Assembly: GCF_963921235.1 (NCBI RefSeq)
Contig: NC_086108.1
Location: 66,652,001-66,716,000 of the forward strand
DNA length: 64,000 bases
Direction of reading: 5' to 3'
Source of the DNA: Mobula hypostoma
Lineage: Eukaryota
The notes below the pieces were generated by a model. It did not search any database. It was not told the DNA's origin and saw only the letters and a program-made list of their open reading frames with translations. A program made the position numbers and the translations under genes. Positions 40,253-52,409 of the stretch are shown piece after piece. The stretch's first letter is position 1; each line of letters starts with the position of its first letter.

Positions 40253-41109
40253 CTAATGCAAACAACAAAGGTTTGTTTCTAAATGTTCCTGCATTACTTT
40301 CACAATATCAGCAAAGCTCATTTTGGCTGGTTTGGTTGAAACAATTAAACTTCTAAGCAAATTGGGTGCTTTTGCACCCAATGCACTCAGCAAAACTGTC
40401 ACGAGCTTTTCACTGGCTATTTCATTTGCTTTAAAATACTGCTCAATTTGCTTAGTATACAATATCCAGTTATCTCTTGTGCAATCAAACATGTCTATCT
40501 TTCTGATGTAGCCAGCCATTTCTGCTTTTTAAAAAACAAAATTACGATTATTATCACCCAGTATTCACTGATCATGAACCGGTGAATTCATCTGTTTTCC
40601 GCCCTTTTTTAGAAAAACTCTACTGTTTCTCTCTTCCCCTTCTGAAGAGACATATGCTGTAGTACTTTTGTTTAAACACAAACATCTTGCAAATAGGTAG
40701 TCATCTCGAGGTTTGTTTAAAAATTTCTCACCACCACTGTTATATTTTGTAACTCCAAAACATAAAATTAGTTTAAAGAAAAGCAAGGGAGCCCGAGAGA
40801 TACATGTAAACTTCATTTTTACTTTAAGCGAGGCATGCGCTTATGATGTGGTGGCATAATGACGTACACCATTCAAGCACTTTTACATATAACCCATAAT
40901 GAAATATTAAAATGAACAAAGAATGCTTAATCATACATTATACATTATATTCCTGTCCTGTTTTCTGTGATATCACTCTGGAGGAACATTGTATCATTTC
41001 TTAATGCATGTATGCATTTCTAAATGACAATAAATGAGGACTGAGTGTTCTCATAATCTAATCTAATCAAATATTACTCAAGTATCACTGACATATTAAA
41101 TGTGAAACA
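40253..41109 (-). mobile_element. Second Gypsy-family fragment: LTR (40738-41109), leader and gag N-terminus
   Basis: ORF 40253..40519 (MAGYIRKIDMFD...WILYTKQIEQYFKANEI) is a Gypsy Gag N-terminus. The TG...CA-bounded LTR is adjoined on the minus strand by a PBS-like TGGTGGTGAG. The LTR is interrupted by a short LINE tail (~40950-41068) homologous to 51975-52085. Confidence 0.8.
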
Positions 41110-41129
41110 GAAATCATGCACCGGTCCTC

Positions 41130-41720
41130 ACTGAGGTGTCAGTGGTGGATAGGGTAGGCAGCTTCAAGTTCCTAGATGTCAACATCTTGTAGATTCTATT
41201 CTGAGCCAAAAATATTGAAGCAATAACAAAAAAATGACACACAAGTGGCGTTATTTCATTAGTGGTTTGAGGAGTCAATCACGAAAGACTCTTCCAAATT
41301 TCTAAATATGTGCAGTGGAGAGCATTATTGACTGATTGCATCACATCCTGGTATAGAGTCTCCAAGGCACAGGATGGCAAGAGGCTGCCAAAGGTTATAG
41401 GCAGCCAACTCCCACCACTGGCACTTCAAAAACGCAGCATCCCTTACCAAGGACCTTCGTCATGCAGGACAAGCCCTCTACTTATTGCTACCGTAAGGGA
41501 GGAGGTACAGGACCCGTAAGGTTTAGGAGCGGCTTCTTTCCCTCAGTTATCAAATTTCAGAATGGTCCTTGAACCCATCAGCATGATTTCAATAATAATT
41601 TTTGCACTTTTTATTTATTTTGTAATTTGTTGTAATTTTTATGTCTTTACACTGAACCGTTGCTGCAAACAAATTACATATATATAAGAGAGTGATAATA
41701 AAATCTGATTCAGATTCTAA
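41130..41720 (+). mobile_element. Old Rex1-like LINE 3' fragment
   Basis: 'gtggagagcattattgactgattgcatcacatcctggtat' (ESILTxCITxWY) and a 3' UTR like 15540-15710. Confidence 0.7.
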
Positions 41721-42542
41721 CTTGACTGGCTAAACGTCCCAGGAGAGGTTATGCTGCAGCAGCAGCAAAAATTAATTTATACCTTGCTCTCCAGACTGTA
41801 ATATAAACATTACTGTTCTCTGCTGATGTTCTGAGACATGAGTTGTGGGCTTGTCTGCTCCACTGTATACCATATAATGTATACCAGCCTGGTATGGACT
41901 GCACACATCTGGATAGTTTTGAAGTCCTCTAGATAAGCATCAATAATCCAGAGAATCCCATCTGTCAAAAATGAACAAATCTTTACTCTACTCATACCAA
42001 AGGGGGTTTCTCCCTGCAATTCAACATTCCATCAGCTGGGGTAGAGGTCAACATCTCACCACACATACTTGACTCCCTCGTACTGTGGTTATTAGGACCA
42101 CTACAGTCCATTCATTCCCAGCCCAACTTTCATTCACAGATGAAGCCTGCATTCTCAGAAATTTCACACCCATTACAAACAACCACCCTCTCCCCACTGC
42201 CCCTCCAACCCATCCTCTTCTCCCACACACCCATGAGTGCATTGTGGAACATATCAGTAAATCTGTTACATTCTAAAATAAACAAATATTGGAGAAGTTC
42301 TTTTTAACAGTGTCCTGTCACTTTGAATTAAGTTTTCTACTTAAGACTTCAGGTTTTTGCAACAACATTTCCATAACTACAGTGCTGCTATCTTCCTGTG
42401 GGCTGCTACTGATCTCATGGTTAGTGGGGAAACCCACACAAGTAATTAAAAACTCTGACTCAGGTTATTGGGCTGAGGTTTAAATAATTTTGGAAATCTA
42501 CTTCATGGGCCAGCATACTGTTCAAATGCAGAGCAATAACAA

Positions 42543-43250
42543 TTAAAAGTAGATCACAGTTGATATTTCTCTCCCGTAGCACAGGGTGTCTGCAAGCATT
42601 ATGGCTTTCCAACTCACATCTCCACATGGTTCACATAGATTACCAATGGGACTCCCATTAGAATCATCTAAATCACGAAGGAAGACTCCCCTAGGATAAT
42701 CTAAAACACCAACACCTTCACCAGGTTTATCTAAGTGAGCAGAGACAGCTTCATCGGGATCACCTAAATCACCATCTGAGTCTTTGTTAGCATCATCTAA
42801 CATGGTAGCAATGGACACAGTGGGATTATCTAAATCGGAAATAGAGTTTCCACTGGAATCCTAAATCACTAAAAATGTTTCCACTAGGTTTATCCAAATC
42901 TCTACTGACAACTTCACTGAGATTATCTAAATCAATAAAGATGGCTTCACTTGGATCATATAAATTGTTCAATTATTTATCCTTTGGGATCCATCTAAAT
43001 CACTCGCAGGGCTTCCACAAGGATCATCTAATTTCCCAGCTATGGGCCCAGTAGGATCATCTGTTTCCTCAATGACAACTATTCTGGGATCATCTGTATA
43101 ACCCATAGAGTTTTCTCTGGGATCATCTAAATCACAAGTGACTTCTAAATCATCTAAAGTGGCTGGATCATGCCAAATTCCTTTTGATTTTTGCACTGCT
43201 GAATCCGGCAACAACCCTTCCCCTGGCCTTTTGTGTGTTCATACATGAGC
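42543..43250 (-). pseudogene. Disrupted reading frame encoding ~17 copies of an acidic 11-aa repeat (DLDDPxxxxxx); 33-bp degenerate tandem repeat
   Basis: The plus-strand motif GGATCATCTAAATC recurs about every 33 bp. ORFs 42969..43214 and 42543..42818, and the frame-shifted segment between them, all read L/T-D-D/N/K-P every 11 residues. Confidence 0.55.
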
Positions 43251-43777
43251 ATTTCTAAGTTTCAATAGTTGATTTAAAATAGCTGACCACTCCACCCCCC
43301 CCCCCCGCTTCTAATCCTGTTCTGTCCTGTCTCCCTGTCTGTGAGCATAATTCTGTCATCCCTTGCTGGCACTTCAGCCTTTGTGGTACTATTGAAGGTT
43401 AAAAGTGTAACACGTGGCTCTGGCATGTGGCTAGTATGCCTCTGCCAACAAAAATATTGTCTCTCTTCTATGCTAGGGTACATTCTGCTTCTTAAAAAAA
43501 AAACTGGAAAGCCACTTGAAAGTATACACTCAAAAGAAATGGGAAAGAAAACAACAGTTCATTCTTTCCAACCATCTGATTCAGACCCACATCTGTGCTT
43601 CAGATTTCCAATGAGACATTTGCACCAGAACAAGCAAACCAAGTCAGCAGTCCTCTTCTGCACCAGTGTTTCTGTGATTCAATTAGAATAGATCGCTTTT
43701 TTTGCTGATCTACTTAAACATAAACCAATTTTTCTTGCTGGGCAGAAGATCCCTTCTCTAAAAACGTTTACCTATAA

Positions 43778-44010
43778 GCAGCACAGTAGCATAGCTGATT
43801 TTGCTATGGCCTTACGGCTCCTATAACTTGGGTGTGATGTTGTGAGCTGATCTCCTGTGCTGTCTGGTGTGGAATCTACAAACTACTTCTGTATTTCCTC
43901 CAGGCGCTCAGGTTTGCTGCTGCATTCCAGAGACAGGAAGGTTGGTAGATTCATTGGCCACTGTCAAATCTCCCTAGTGTATAAGTGAGAGGTCAAAACT
44001 GGAGGAAGTT
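43778..44010 (+). mobile_element. Degenerate tRNA-derived V-SINE
   Basis: 'gcagcacagtagcatag' head and 'cattccagagacaggaaggttggtagattcattggccactgtcaaatctccc' V-domain-like core. Confidence 0.55.
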
Positions 44011-45223
44011 GATTGGAACATGGGGAGAATAGGGTAGAGACGAATTTAGTGGGGAAATGGCATAGACTTGCTGAACAATTTCTGTTAAGGAATCTGGAAA
44101 ATTTTCTCCTGAAAGCATTGTGTAACCTAAGTTATGAGGCAGTAGCTATCAAGTCTTCTCAACGATCAAGGCTCACCTTCATTCACTGTATACATTAAGA
44201 TGCATTATGAAATTTCTGTGACGTGTTGGTGCGACATGCAATGAGAAACAGCGGCATTTAACAATCATAAGGAATAAAGAGTAATATAAGAAACAAGGTT
44301 AGAGATTAAAGTATGGACATGGAATAAAATGTGCATAAATGCATAAATTCCACCATGCACACTATTTACAAGGAAAACAGCATTATAAATAGTGATTTTA
44401 AGTGATTTTGGTCTTTCATCTGGTTTCCTTTGGTGCTTCAATCCAGTGGTTGGTGTTCCTGTTTCAGAAAACATAGCAAGATCTTGAGAACAAGGGTAAA
44501 ACAATCAAAGTGCACTTAAGCCAGACCTGACTTATGATGTCCACAGATGCTGGTCTGTCACAGAGGTCAATAGATAATGGACAGGAGAGTAAATATGACT
44601 TCTTGCCTATAGTCCAAGGAGCTGAACTGAATGGCAGCAGGATATCCGCTTCTTGGTTGAAGATCGAGTAGCACAAGTGAGGAGCTAAAATTGCTTAAGA
44701 ACATCAGAAATAAGAGCAGGAGTACAACAACAGCTGCAATCCTATTGGTGGCATTTCCATCAGAGTCACAGTATTTCCCAGCAGCTTCACCTTGATATCC
44801 TGACATTTATCAATCTTCGTTTTGACTAAACAGAACAAATGAGCTGCCATGGTTCGCAGTTGCGGTCTGAGAGTCAAATGCTCCTCTTTCCATTCCCACA
44901 TGGAGACAATGCTCAGCAGATGTTACTGAACAGTGACCAGGAGTAGAAATCCTGATTGACTTCTCCCTTACAGCTAACAGCAACAGAAGCATAACTAACT
45001 GACAGATTTAGCAAACTTGGCATAGATTGGGAAACAAATAATATTCTTCCTTTACTACATTTCTGAAAACAGTAATGCATCAAATACCATGAGATCATTT
45101 ATTGCAAAGGCTAGGAGACAGGCATTAGTCAACAGAGGAATAACAGGAATATTTTCAGGGAAAAAAATATTTATCACAAGTTGCAGAATGCTCGTACTCA
45201 CAAAAAAGAATGTTAGGTTTTCT

Positions 45224-45355
45224 ACAGTCCTGATGAAGGGTGTTGGCCCGAAAAGTCAACTGTTTATTCCTCTTCATATATACTGCATGACTTGCTGAGT
45301 TCTTCCAGCACTTTGTGTGTGTTCCTCAAGATTTCCAGCATCTGCTGAATTGCTT
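45224..45355 (+). mobile_element. Penelope-like tail with hammerhead motif (45224-45263)
   Basis: ACAGTC-CTGATGA-agggtgttggccc-GAAAA-GTC-AACTGT followed by the shared tail. Confidence 0.78.
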
Positions 45356-47102
45356 CTGTGTAAGGTTATCTATAGTTTATCAATTGAGGCATTATTGTCA
45401 TACTTCAGGTTCTTAACCAATCTGCAGTAAGATTTTTGGCAAAGAAATTGGGCATAAATGTGTTTCAAAGCATTAAGTTGTTACAGATTTGTGTCTGTGC
45501 TCATCTCACAAATTTATTTTGTTCATCTTCAAAGGTAATAGAAAATCACAAGAAAAATTATTGAATATCCACTCCCGGGTAATGTGCAGCATATTCATTC
45601 CAATTTTGCTAGTGTTTAACACTACTTGTCTCCTCAGGTTTGAGATAAACCATCTTTAACACTTGTTCTGTGATACTATGGTGGCTGTTGAAGCCATTAC
45701 AGAAAATGCAGAGAGCCACAGATTAAGCATGAGATGCCCGACAAACAACTCAGTTGGTATTTGGGAGGTGGTGCACTCCTTTCATTGCTTAATGCTCAGC
45801 TTCTGTTTAAGTGATTTGTTTTCTGTATATTCTCGAATGCTCCTTCTCCATCTTGGGAAGTCCTGAGTTAGGGATTGAGTGAGGATGTTACATTTTTCCA
45901 CATGTGCTTTGGAAAATATCCTTCAACCTTTTCCTCTGTCCATGGACAACTTCTTAGTGACGGAGCTCAGGACAGAGTGTCCATTTCGGCTGTTTTGTGT
46001 TGGGCCTGATGTGGTTAGCCATTTTGGTGGTCTTTCTCCAATGCTTTGAGATGCTTGCATGCTGGTCCCAGAGACATTCAGGAAGATAGGAAACAATACT
46101 GCCAAGCAGATGATGAGCTTTTCTGCTAGGTCTGATGACCTTAGAACTCTCTTTTCCTTAGGTGGCTAAAATCATTTTTGATGCAGTGAGAAATGGTGAA
46201 TTTCACCACTGATACACACAAAATGCTACTGGAATTCAGCAGGTTGGGCAGCATCTATGGAGGCTTCCCCAGTATTTTGTATGTTTGCTCGGGACTTCCA
46301 GCATCTGCAGAATCTCTTGGGTTTTTGATTCACTGCTGATACGTGTCTTTGCTAAGAAGAGACACATTTTCAAGTCTCTCATTATGGAGCACTTTATTGT
46401 TAGGGCCAGTGTTGTTCAGGACAGGCTGGACAGTGGAGGATTTTTACTTGAAGATTTTGCGAATGTGGAAGAATCAGAATGGGAAAGTGAAAGATATGAT
46501 TTCCAAAGCAACTGACCCTCTTATAGAAAGAAAGAGGATTCACACAGCATTCTAGATTTAAGATTCAAGCTGAGATATAGCCCTAACAAAGCTCACACAT
46601 CTGAATAGATGAGGCCAATGTCTTGCTCATTTCTTCAATTACATCACCTCAGATTTTCTTTCCTCTAGTTAGTCTTTTTATCTCATGATCATTACTTTAA
46701 GATTGTGTTTCTTCTTTCTTTGTCTGAATAACATAATGGGTAATCACCTGCTGTTAAAACTAAAAGTAGTGATGGAAATAGTGCCAGGTACATAAAGCCA
46801 CCTGAAAGTTCTGCCCAGAATAATTTTCAACATGAGTAGGATTAGAAGCTTAAAGAATGAAATCCTGTTTAACCACATTTAATATCAACTGTGGTTTCTT
46901 ATCTGACAGTCAGATCCTCCTTGTTCTTGGCTCCTGGCTGTGCTCAAGGAATTCATAGATATGCTTTGTCTGTTCCTTTTCAAATTCTAGCATTTAAACT
47001 GGACTCACTTCAATGCAAATCAGCAAATCAGAACAAATAAAATAAAACAACTCAGTCCTCAGTCACAAATAAAATAAAACAACTCTCTGAGATACCTGGC
47101 AA

Positions 47103-47240
47103 CTCACACAAGATGCTGGAGGAACTCAGCAGGCCAGTCAGTATCTATGGAGCAGAGTAAACAGTCAATATTTCAGGCTGAGGCCCTTCATGAGGACTGT
47201 GTGCTCCCTGGATTTCCAGCATCTGCAGATTTTGTGTCGT
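47103..47240. mobile_element. Rearranged Penelope-like tail (minus part 47103-47197, plus part after it); similar remnant at 46215-46325
   Basis: The reverse complement reads 'agtcctcatgaagggcctcagcctgaaatattgactgt'. It is followed by plus-strand 'ggatttccagcatctgcaga'. Confidence 0.65.
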
Positions 47241-47461
47241 CTCTGAGAGACCTCCTGTTAATTCTGATGACTCAGTCTCTGATTAAAGACAATTTTAATA
47301 AGAGTAAGGAAAATTGGTCAATACCCATTTCCTATGATTAGGGAGATCATAAATGAACTTGATTTCACAGAATTGAACATGTCTGCTTGTTGAGCCATGC
47401 AAGTTCATCTTACAGTTGCCTCAAGGGTGTAGGTAAGACCTTGGAATAAATTGGTCCATTG

Positions 47462-48750
47462 ATTTATTATTGTCACGTTTACTGAGACACAGTGAAAAAC
47501 TTGTCTTGCGTACCATTCCTACAGATCAATTCAGACAACAGTGTGCTGAGGCAGCTCAATATAAAACACAACAAAGTACAAAATAAGAGTTACAGCAATG
47601 GCAAAGTGCAGTGCAGGCAGACAATAAGGTGCAAGGTCATAACTCATAACAAAGCTGATTGTGAGGTCCAAGAGTCCATCTTATTGTACTAGAGAACCAA
47701 TCAATAATCTTATAACAGTGGGGTAGATGCTTTCCTTGAGCTAACTTCTGCCTCATGGGAGGGGTAGAAGAGGGAATGTCTGGGGTGGTTTGGACCTTTG
47801 ATTATGCTTATTGCTTTAGTGAGGTAGCCAGCAGTATAGACAAAGTAAAAGACATGTTGCTTTTGAATAGGATGCCTTTTATGGTGCATCAATAAAAATT
47901 GATAAGGGTTGATGGGAACACGCCAAATTGTAAGCTTTCTTGGCTGTGGCATCTCTATGGTTGGACTAGGACAGGCTACTGATAATATTTACTCCTAGAA
48001 ATTTGATTTCTCAATCTTCCCAGCCTCCACACCACTGATCTGGACTGGAGCATGTGCACTGTCTCCCTTCCTGAAGTCACCGACGAACTTCATTATTTTG
48101 CTAACCTTGAACGAGAGGTTGTTGCCATAACATCATGTCACTAGGCTCTTTATCTCCTTCCCGTACTCTGACTCATAGTTCTTTGAGATAGAGCACATTA
48201 CGGTGGTGTCATCAGCAAACTTGCAGATAGTGTTAGAGAAGAAATTGGCCACACAGTCTTGAATATATAGAGAGTAGAACAGGAACTGAGGATGCAGCCC
48301 AGTGGGACACCAGAACTGAGGTTAATCGTGGAAGATGTGTTGCTGTCTATCTTTACAAATTGTGGACACATGATCAGAAAGTCAAGGATCCAGTTGCAAA
48401 GCGAAGTGCTGACAACCAGATCTGGGAGTTTGGAGATGAGATTGCTTGGAATTATAGTACTGATGGCGGAGCTGTTGTCAATAAGCGATAGTCTAATGTA
48501 GGTGCCTTTGCTATCCAGATGTTCCAAAGATGAATGTAGGGCCAGGGAGATAGCATCTGTCATAGACCTGTTTTGACAGTAAACAGATTGGATTTGGTCA
48601 AGGTTGTCTGGGAGGGTGGGGTTAACATGGGCTATGACAAGCCTCTCAAAGCACGTCATGATGGTGGATCTCAGAGCTACCAGGCAGTAGTCTTTAAGGC
48701 ATGTTACCTTGTTTATCTTATGTAATAGGATGATAGTGGTCTTCTTAACC
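47462..48750 (-). mobile_element. Rex1/Babar-like LINE RT and 3' UTR; appears to continue at ~53840-54010
   Basis: ORF 48198..48842 (DYCLVAL, CFERLV, LCNWILDFL, GVPLGCILS). The reverse strand of 53840-53930 encodes the upstream RVNPWKAS...LAGAFAD segment. Confidence 0.85.
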
Positions 48751-48764
48751 AACAAGACACAAAT

Positions 48765-51700
48765 AAGATGGCAGTGACAGCGGCCACCCCACTTCCAATC
48801 AATGGTGAAATTTCTTGTCCTGTTCAACTTTTCTATGACCAAACACTGCTGATCATAAAAAACACTAAAGTCTGCAAGTCCATCTTGCTAGCAAGCAGAA
48901 TAACGAAGCTGCTGCGCAGATAGGGACTAACGCAGGAGCAGGCCCTTGTTCCACAGAAACATAGAAAATAGGTGCAGGAGTAGGCCATTCGGCCCTTCGA
49001 GCCTGCACCGCCATTTATTATGATCATGGCTGATCATCCAACTCAGAACCCCGCCCCAGCCTTCCCTCCATACCCCCGATCCCCGTAGCCACAAGGGCCA
49101 TATCTAACTCCCTCTTAAATATAGCCAATGAACTGGCCTCAACAGTTTCCTGTGGCAGAGAATTCCACAGATTCACCACTCTCTGTGTGAAGAAGTTTTT
49201 CCTAATCTCGGTCCTAAAAGGCTTCCCCTTTATCCTCAAACTGTGACCCCTCGTTCTGGACTTCCCCAACATCGGGAACAATCTTCCTGCATCTAGCCTG
49301 TCCAATCCCTTTAGGATCTTATATGTTTCAATCAGATCCCCCCTCAATCTTCTAAATTCCAACGAGTACAAGCCCAATTCATCCAGTCTTTCTTCATATG
49401 AAAGTCCCGCCATCCCAGGAATCAATCTGGTGAACCTTCTTTGTACTCCCTCTATGGCAAAGATGTCTTTCCTCAGATTAGGGGACCAAAACTGCACACA
49501 ATACTCCAGGTGTGGTCTCACCAAGGCCTTGTACAACTGCAGTAGTACGTCCCTGCTCCTGTACTCAAATCCTCTCTCTATAAATGCCAGCATACCATTC
49601 GCCTTTTTCACCGCCTGCTGTACCTGCATGCCCACTTTCAATGACTGGTGTATAATGACACCCAGGTCTCGTTGCACCTCCCCTTTTCCTAATCGGCCAC
49701 CATTCAGATAATAATCTGTTTTCCTATTTTTGCCACCAAAGTGGATAACTTCACATTTATCCACATTAAATTGCATCTGCCATGAGTTTGCCCACTCACC
49801 CAACCTATCCAAGTCACCCTGCATCCTCTCAGCATCCTCCTTACTGCTAACACTGCCACCCAGCTTCGTGTCATCTGCAAACTTGGAGATGCTGCATTTA
49901 ATTCCCTCATCCAAGTCATTAATATATATTGTAAACAACTGGGGTCCCAGCACTGAGCCTTGCGGTACCCCACTAGTCACCGCCTGCCATTCTGAAAAGG
50001 TCCCATTTATTCCCACTCTTTGCTTCCTGTCTGCTAACCAATTCTCCACCCACACCAATACCTTACCCCCAATACCGTGTGCTTTAAGTTTGCACACTAA
50101 TCTCCTGTGTGGGACCTTGTCAAAAGCCTTTTGAAAATCCAAATATACCACATCCACTGGTTCTCCCCTATCCACTCTACTAGTTACATCCTCAAAAAAT
50201 TCTATGAGATTCGTCAGACATGATTTTCCTTTCACAAATCCATGCTGACTTTGTCCGATCATTTTACCGCTTTCCAAATGTGCTGTTATCACATCCTTGA
50301 TAACTGACTCCAGCAGTTTACCCACCACCGACCTTAGGCTAACCGGTCTATAATTCCCCGGTTTCTCTCTCCCTCCTTTTTTAAAAAGTGGGGTTACATT
50401 AGCCACCCTCCAATCCTCAGGAACTAGTCCAGAATCTAACGAGTTTTGAAAAATTATCACTAATTCATCCACTATTTCTTGGGCTACTTCTTTAAGCACT
50501 CTAGGATGCAGACCATCTGGCCCTGGGGATTTATCTGCCTTCAATCCCTTCAATTTACTAACACCACTTCCCTACTAACATGTATTTCACTCAGTTCCTC
50601 CATCCCACTGGACCCTCTGTCCCTTACTATTTCTGGAAGATTATTTATGTCCTCCTTAGTGAAGACAGAACCAAAGTAATTATTCAATTGGTCTGCCATG
50701 TCCTTGCTCCCCATAATCAATTCACCTGTTTCTGTCTGCAGGCGACCTACATTTGTCTTTACCAGTCTTTTCCTTTTTACATATCTATAAAAGCTTTTAC
50801 AGTCCATTTTTATGTTCCCTGCCAGTTTTCTCTCATAATCTTTTTTCCCCTTCCTAATTAAGCCCTTTGTCCTCCTCTGCTGAACTCTGAATTTCTCCCA
50901 GTCCTCAGGTGAGCCACTTTCTCTGGCTAATTTGTATGCTTCTTCTTTGGAATTGATACTATCCCTAATTTCTCTTGTCAGCCACGGGTGCACTACCTTC
51001 CTTGATTTATTCTTTTGCCAAACTGGGATGAACAATTGTTGTAGTTCATCCATGCAACCTTTAAATGCTTGCCATTGCATATCCACCGTCAATCCTTTAA
51101 GTGTCATTTGCCAGTCTATCTTAGCTAATTCACGTCTCATACCTTCAAAGTTACCCCTCTTTAAGTTCAGAACCTTTGTTTCTGAATTAACTATGTCACT
51201 CTCCATCTTAATGAAGAATTCCACCATATTATGGTCACTCTTACCCAAGGGGCCTCTCACGACAAGATCGGTAATTAACCCTTCCTCATTGCTCAAAACC
51301 CAGTCCAGAATAGCCTGCTCTCTAGTTGGTTCCTCGACATGTTGGTTCAAAAAACCATCCCACATACATTCCAAGAAATCCTCTTCCTCAGCACCTTTTC
51401 CAATTTGGTTCACCCAGTCTACATGTAGATTGAAGTCACCCATAATAACTGCTGTTCCTTTATTGCACACATTTCTAATTTCCTGTTTAATACCATCTCC
51501 GACCTCACCACTACTGTTAGGTGGCCTGTACACAACTCCCACCAGCGTCTTCTGCCCCTTGGTGTTACGCAGCTCTACCCATATCGATTCCACATCTTCC
51601 CGGCTTATGTCCTTCCTTTCTATTGCGTTAATCTCTTCTTTAACCAGCAACGCCACCCCACCTCCCCTTCCTTCATGTCTACCCCTCCTGAATATTGAAC

Positions 51701-52270
51701 TGCACCATGGTCTGCTGTAGCTACACCAGGAAGTGGCCTTTGGAAGCGTAGCACAAGAACGCAGAAGCACGGTAAGCGTGCCGGTATTTGAGCAAGGCTT
51801 AAAGTAGATCTCTGCAGGCATGCACTCCCAATGATTCTACTTAATGAGGCTATCGGGACTTTGAGACTTTTGTTTTACCGTGCCCATGGTCTGCTCTTTA
51901 TCAAATTATGGTATTGCTTTGCACTGTTGTAACTATATGTTATAATTATGTGGTTTTGTAAGTTTTAGTCTTGGTTTATCCTGTGTTTTCTCGTGATATC
52001 ATTCTGGAGGAACGTTGTATCATTTTTTAGTGCATGCATTTCCAAATGACAATAAATGAGGATTGAGTGTCCTCATAATCTAATATAACCTAGCATTTGA
52101 TCACTATAAAATAAGCTGGATTTCCTGTGTCTGCGCTTGAATCAGCGGGAGATGAGGGACTACTGCACACTCGTCCTGACAGAAACATGGCTGCAGGACA
52201 CCACTCCAGACCTGGCCATCCAGATTGAAAGCCTGATTGCCTTTTGGGGAGATGGAAATGCTGTGACCGT
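48765..52270 (+). mobile_element. 5' part of a Rex1-like LINE (5' UTR and APE N-terminus), split by a CR1 and a short LINE tail
   Basis: After the CR1 the sequence encodes QKHGKRAGI*ARLK...ALP (~51760-51830). After a ~255-bp insert it encodes NKLDFLCLRLNQREMRDYCTLVLTETWLQD (ORF 52137..52358), an APE endonuclease start. Confidence 0.7.
48955..51698 (-). mobile_element. Young CR1 LINE, 5'-truncated within APE, ORF2 almost intact
   Basis: ORFs 50550..51821 (GGGVAL, VVYRPP, MGDFN, LDWVL, SDHN) and 49024..50553 (complete RT) are joined by one frameshift at ~50555. (AGAAACAT) tail at 48955. Confidence 0.97.
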
Positions 52271-52409
52271 GCTAAAACTGGGGAAGTGCTGCAAGGGCGC
52301 TATGGTGCCATCTGCAATCTCAAAGCCACTCACTATGATAGTATTGGTAGTGTTCTAATTTAATCTGTATTTTATCTAAATACATAATTTGTTACTCAGT
52401 TAAATGGTA

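Noticed and set aside
42620..43175. CRISPR-like array (conserved motif with variable spacers)
   Set aside because: Vertebrate context, no cas genes, a conserved core of only ~14 degenerate bp, and a 33-nt codon-phased period that fits a protein repeat.
50932..51720. 262-aa plus-strand ORF, and similar antisense ORFs (821..1132, 2065..2421, 49730..50134, 59896..60492)
   Set aside because: Antisense shadows of CR1 or Penelope coding sequence, with no independent motifs.
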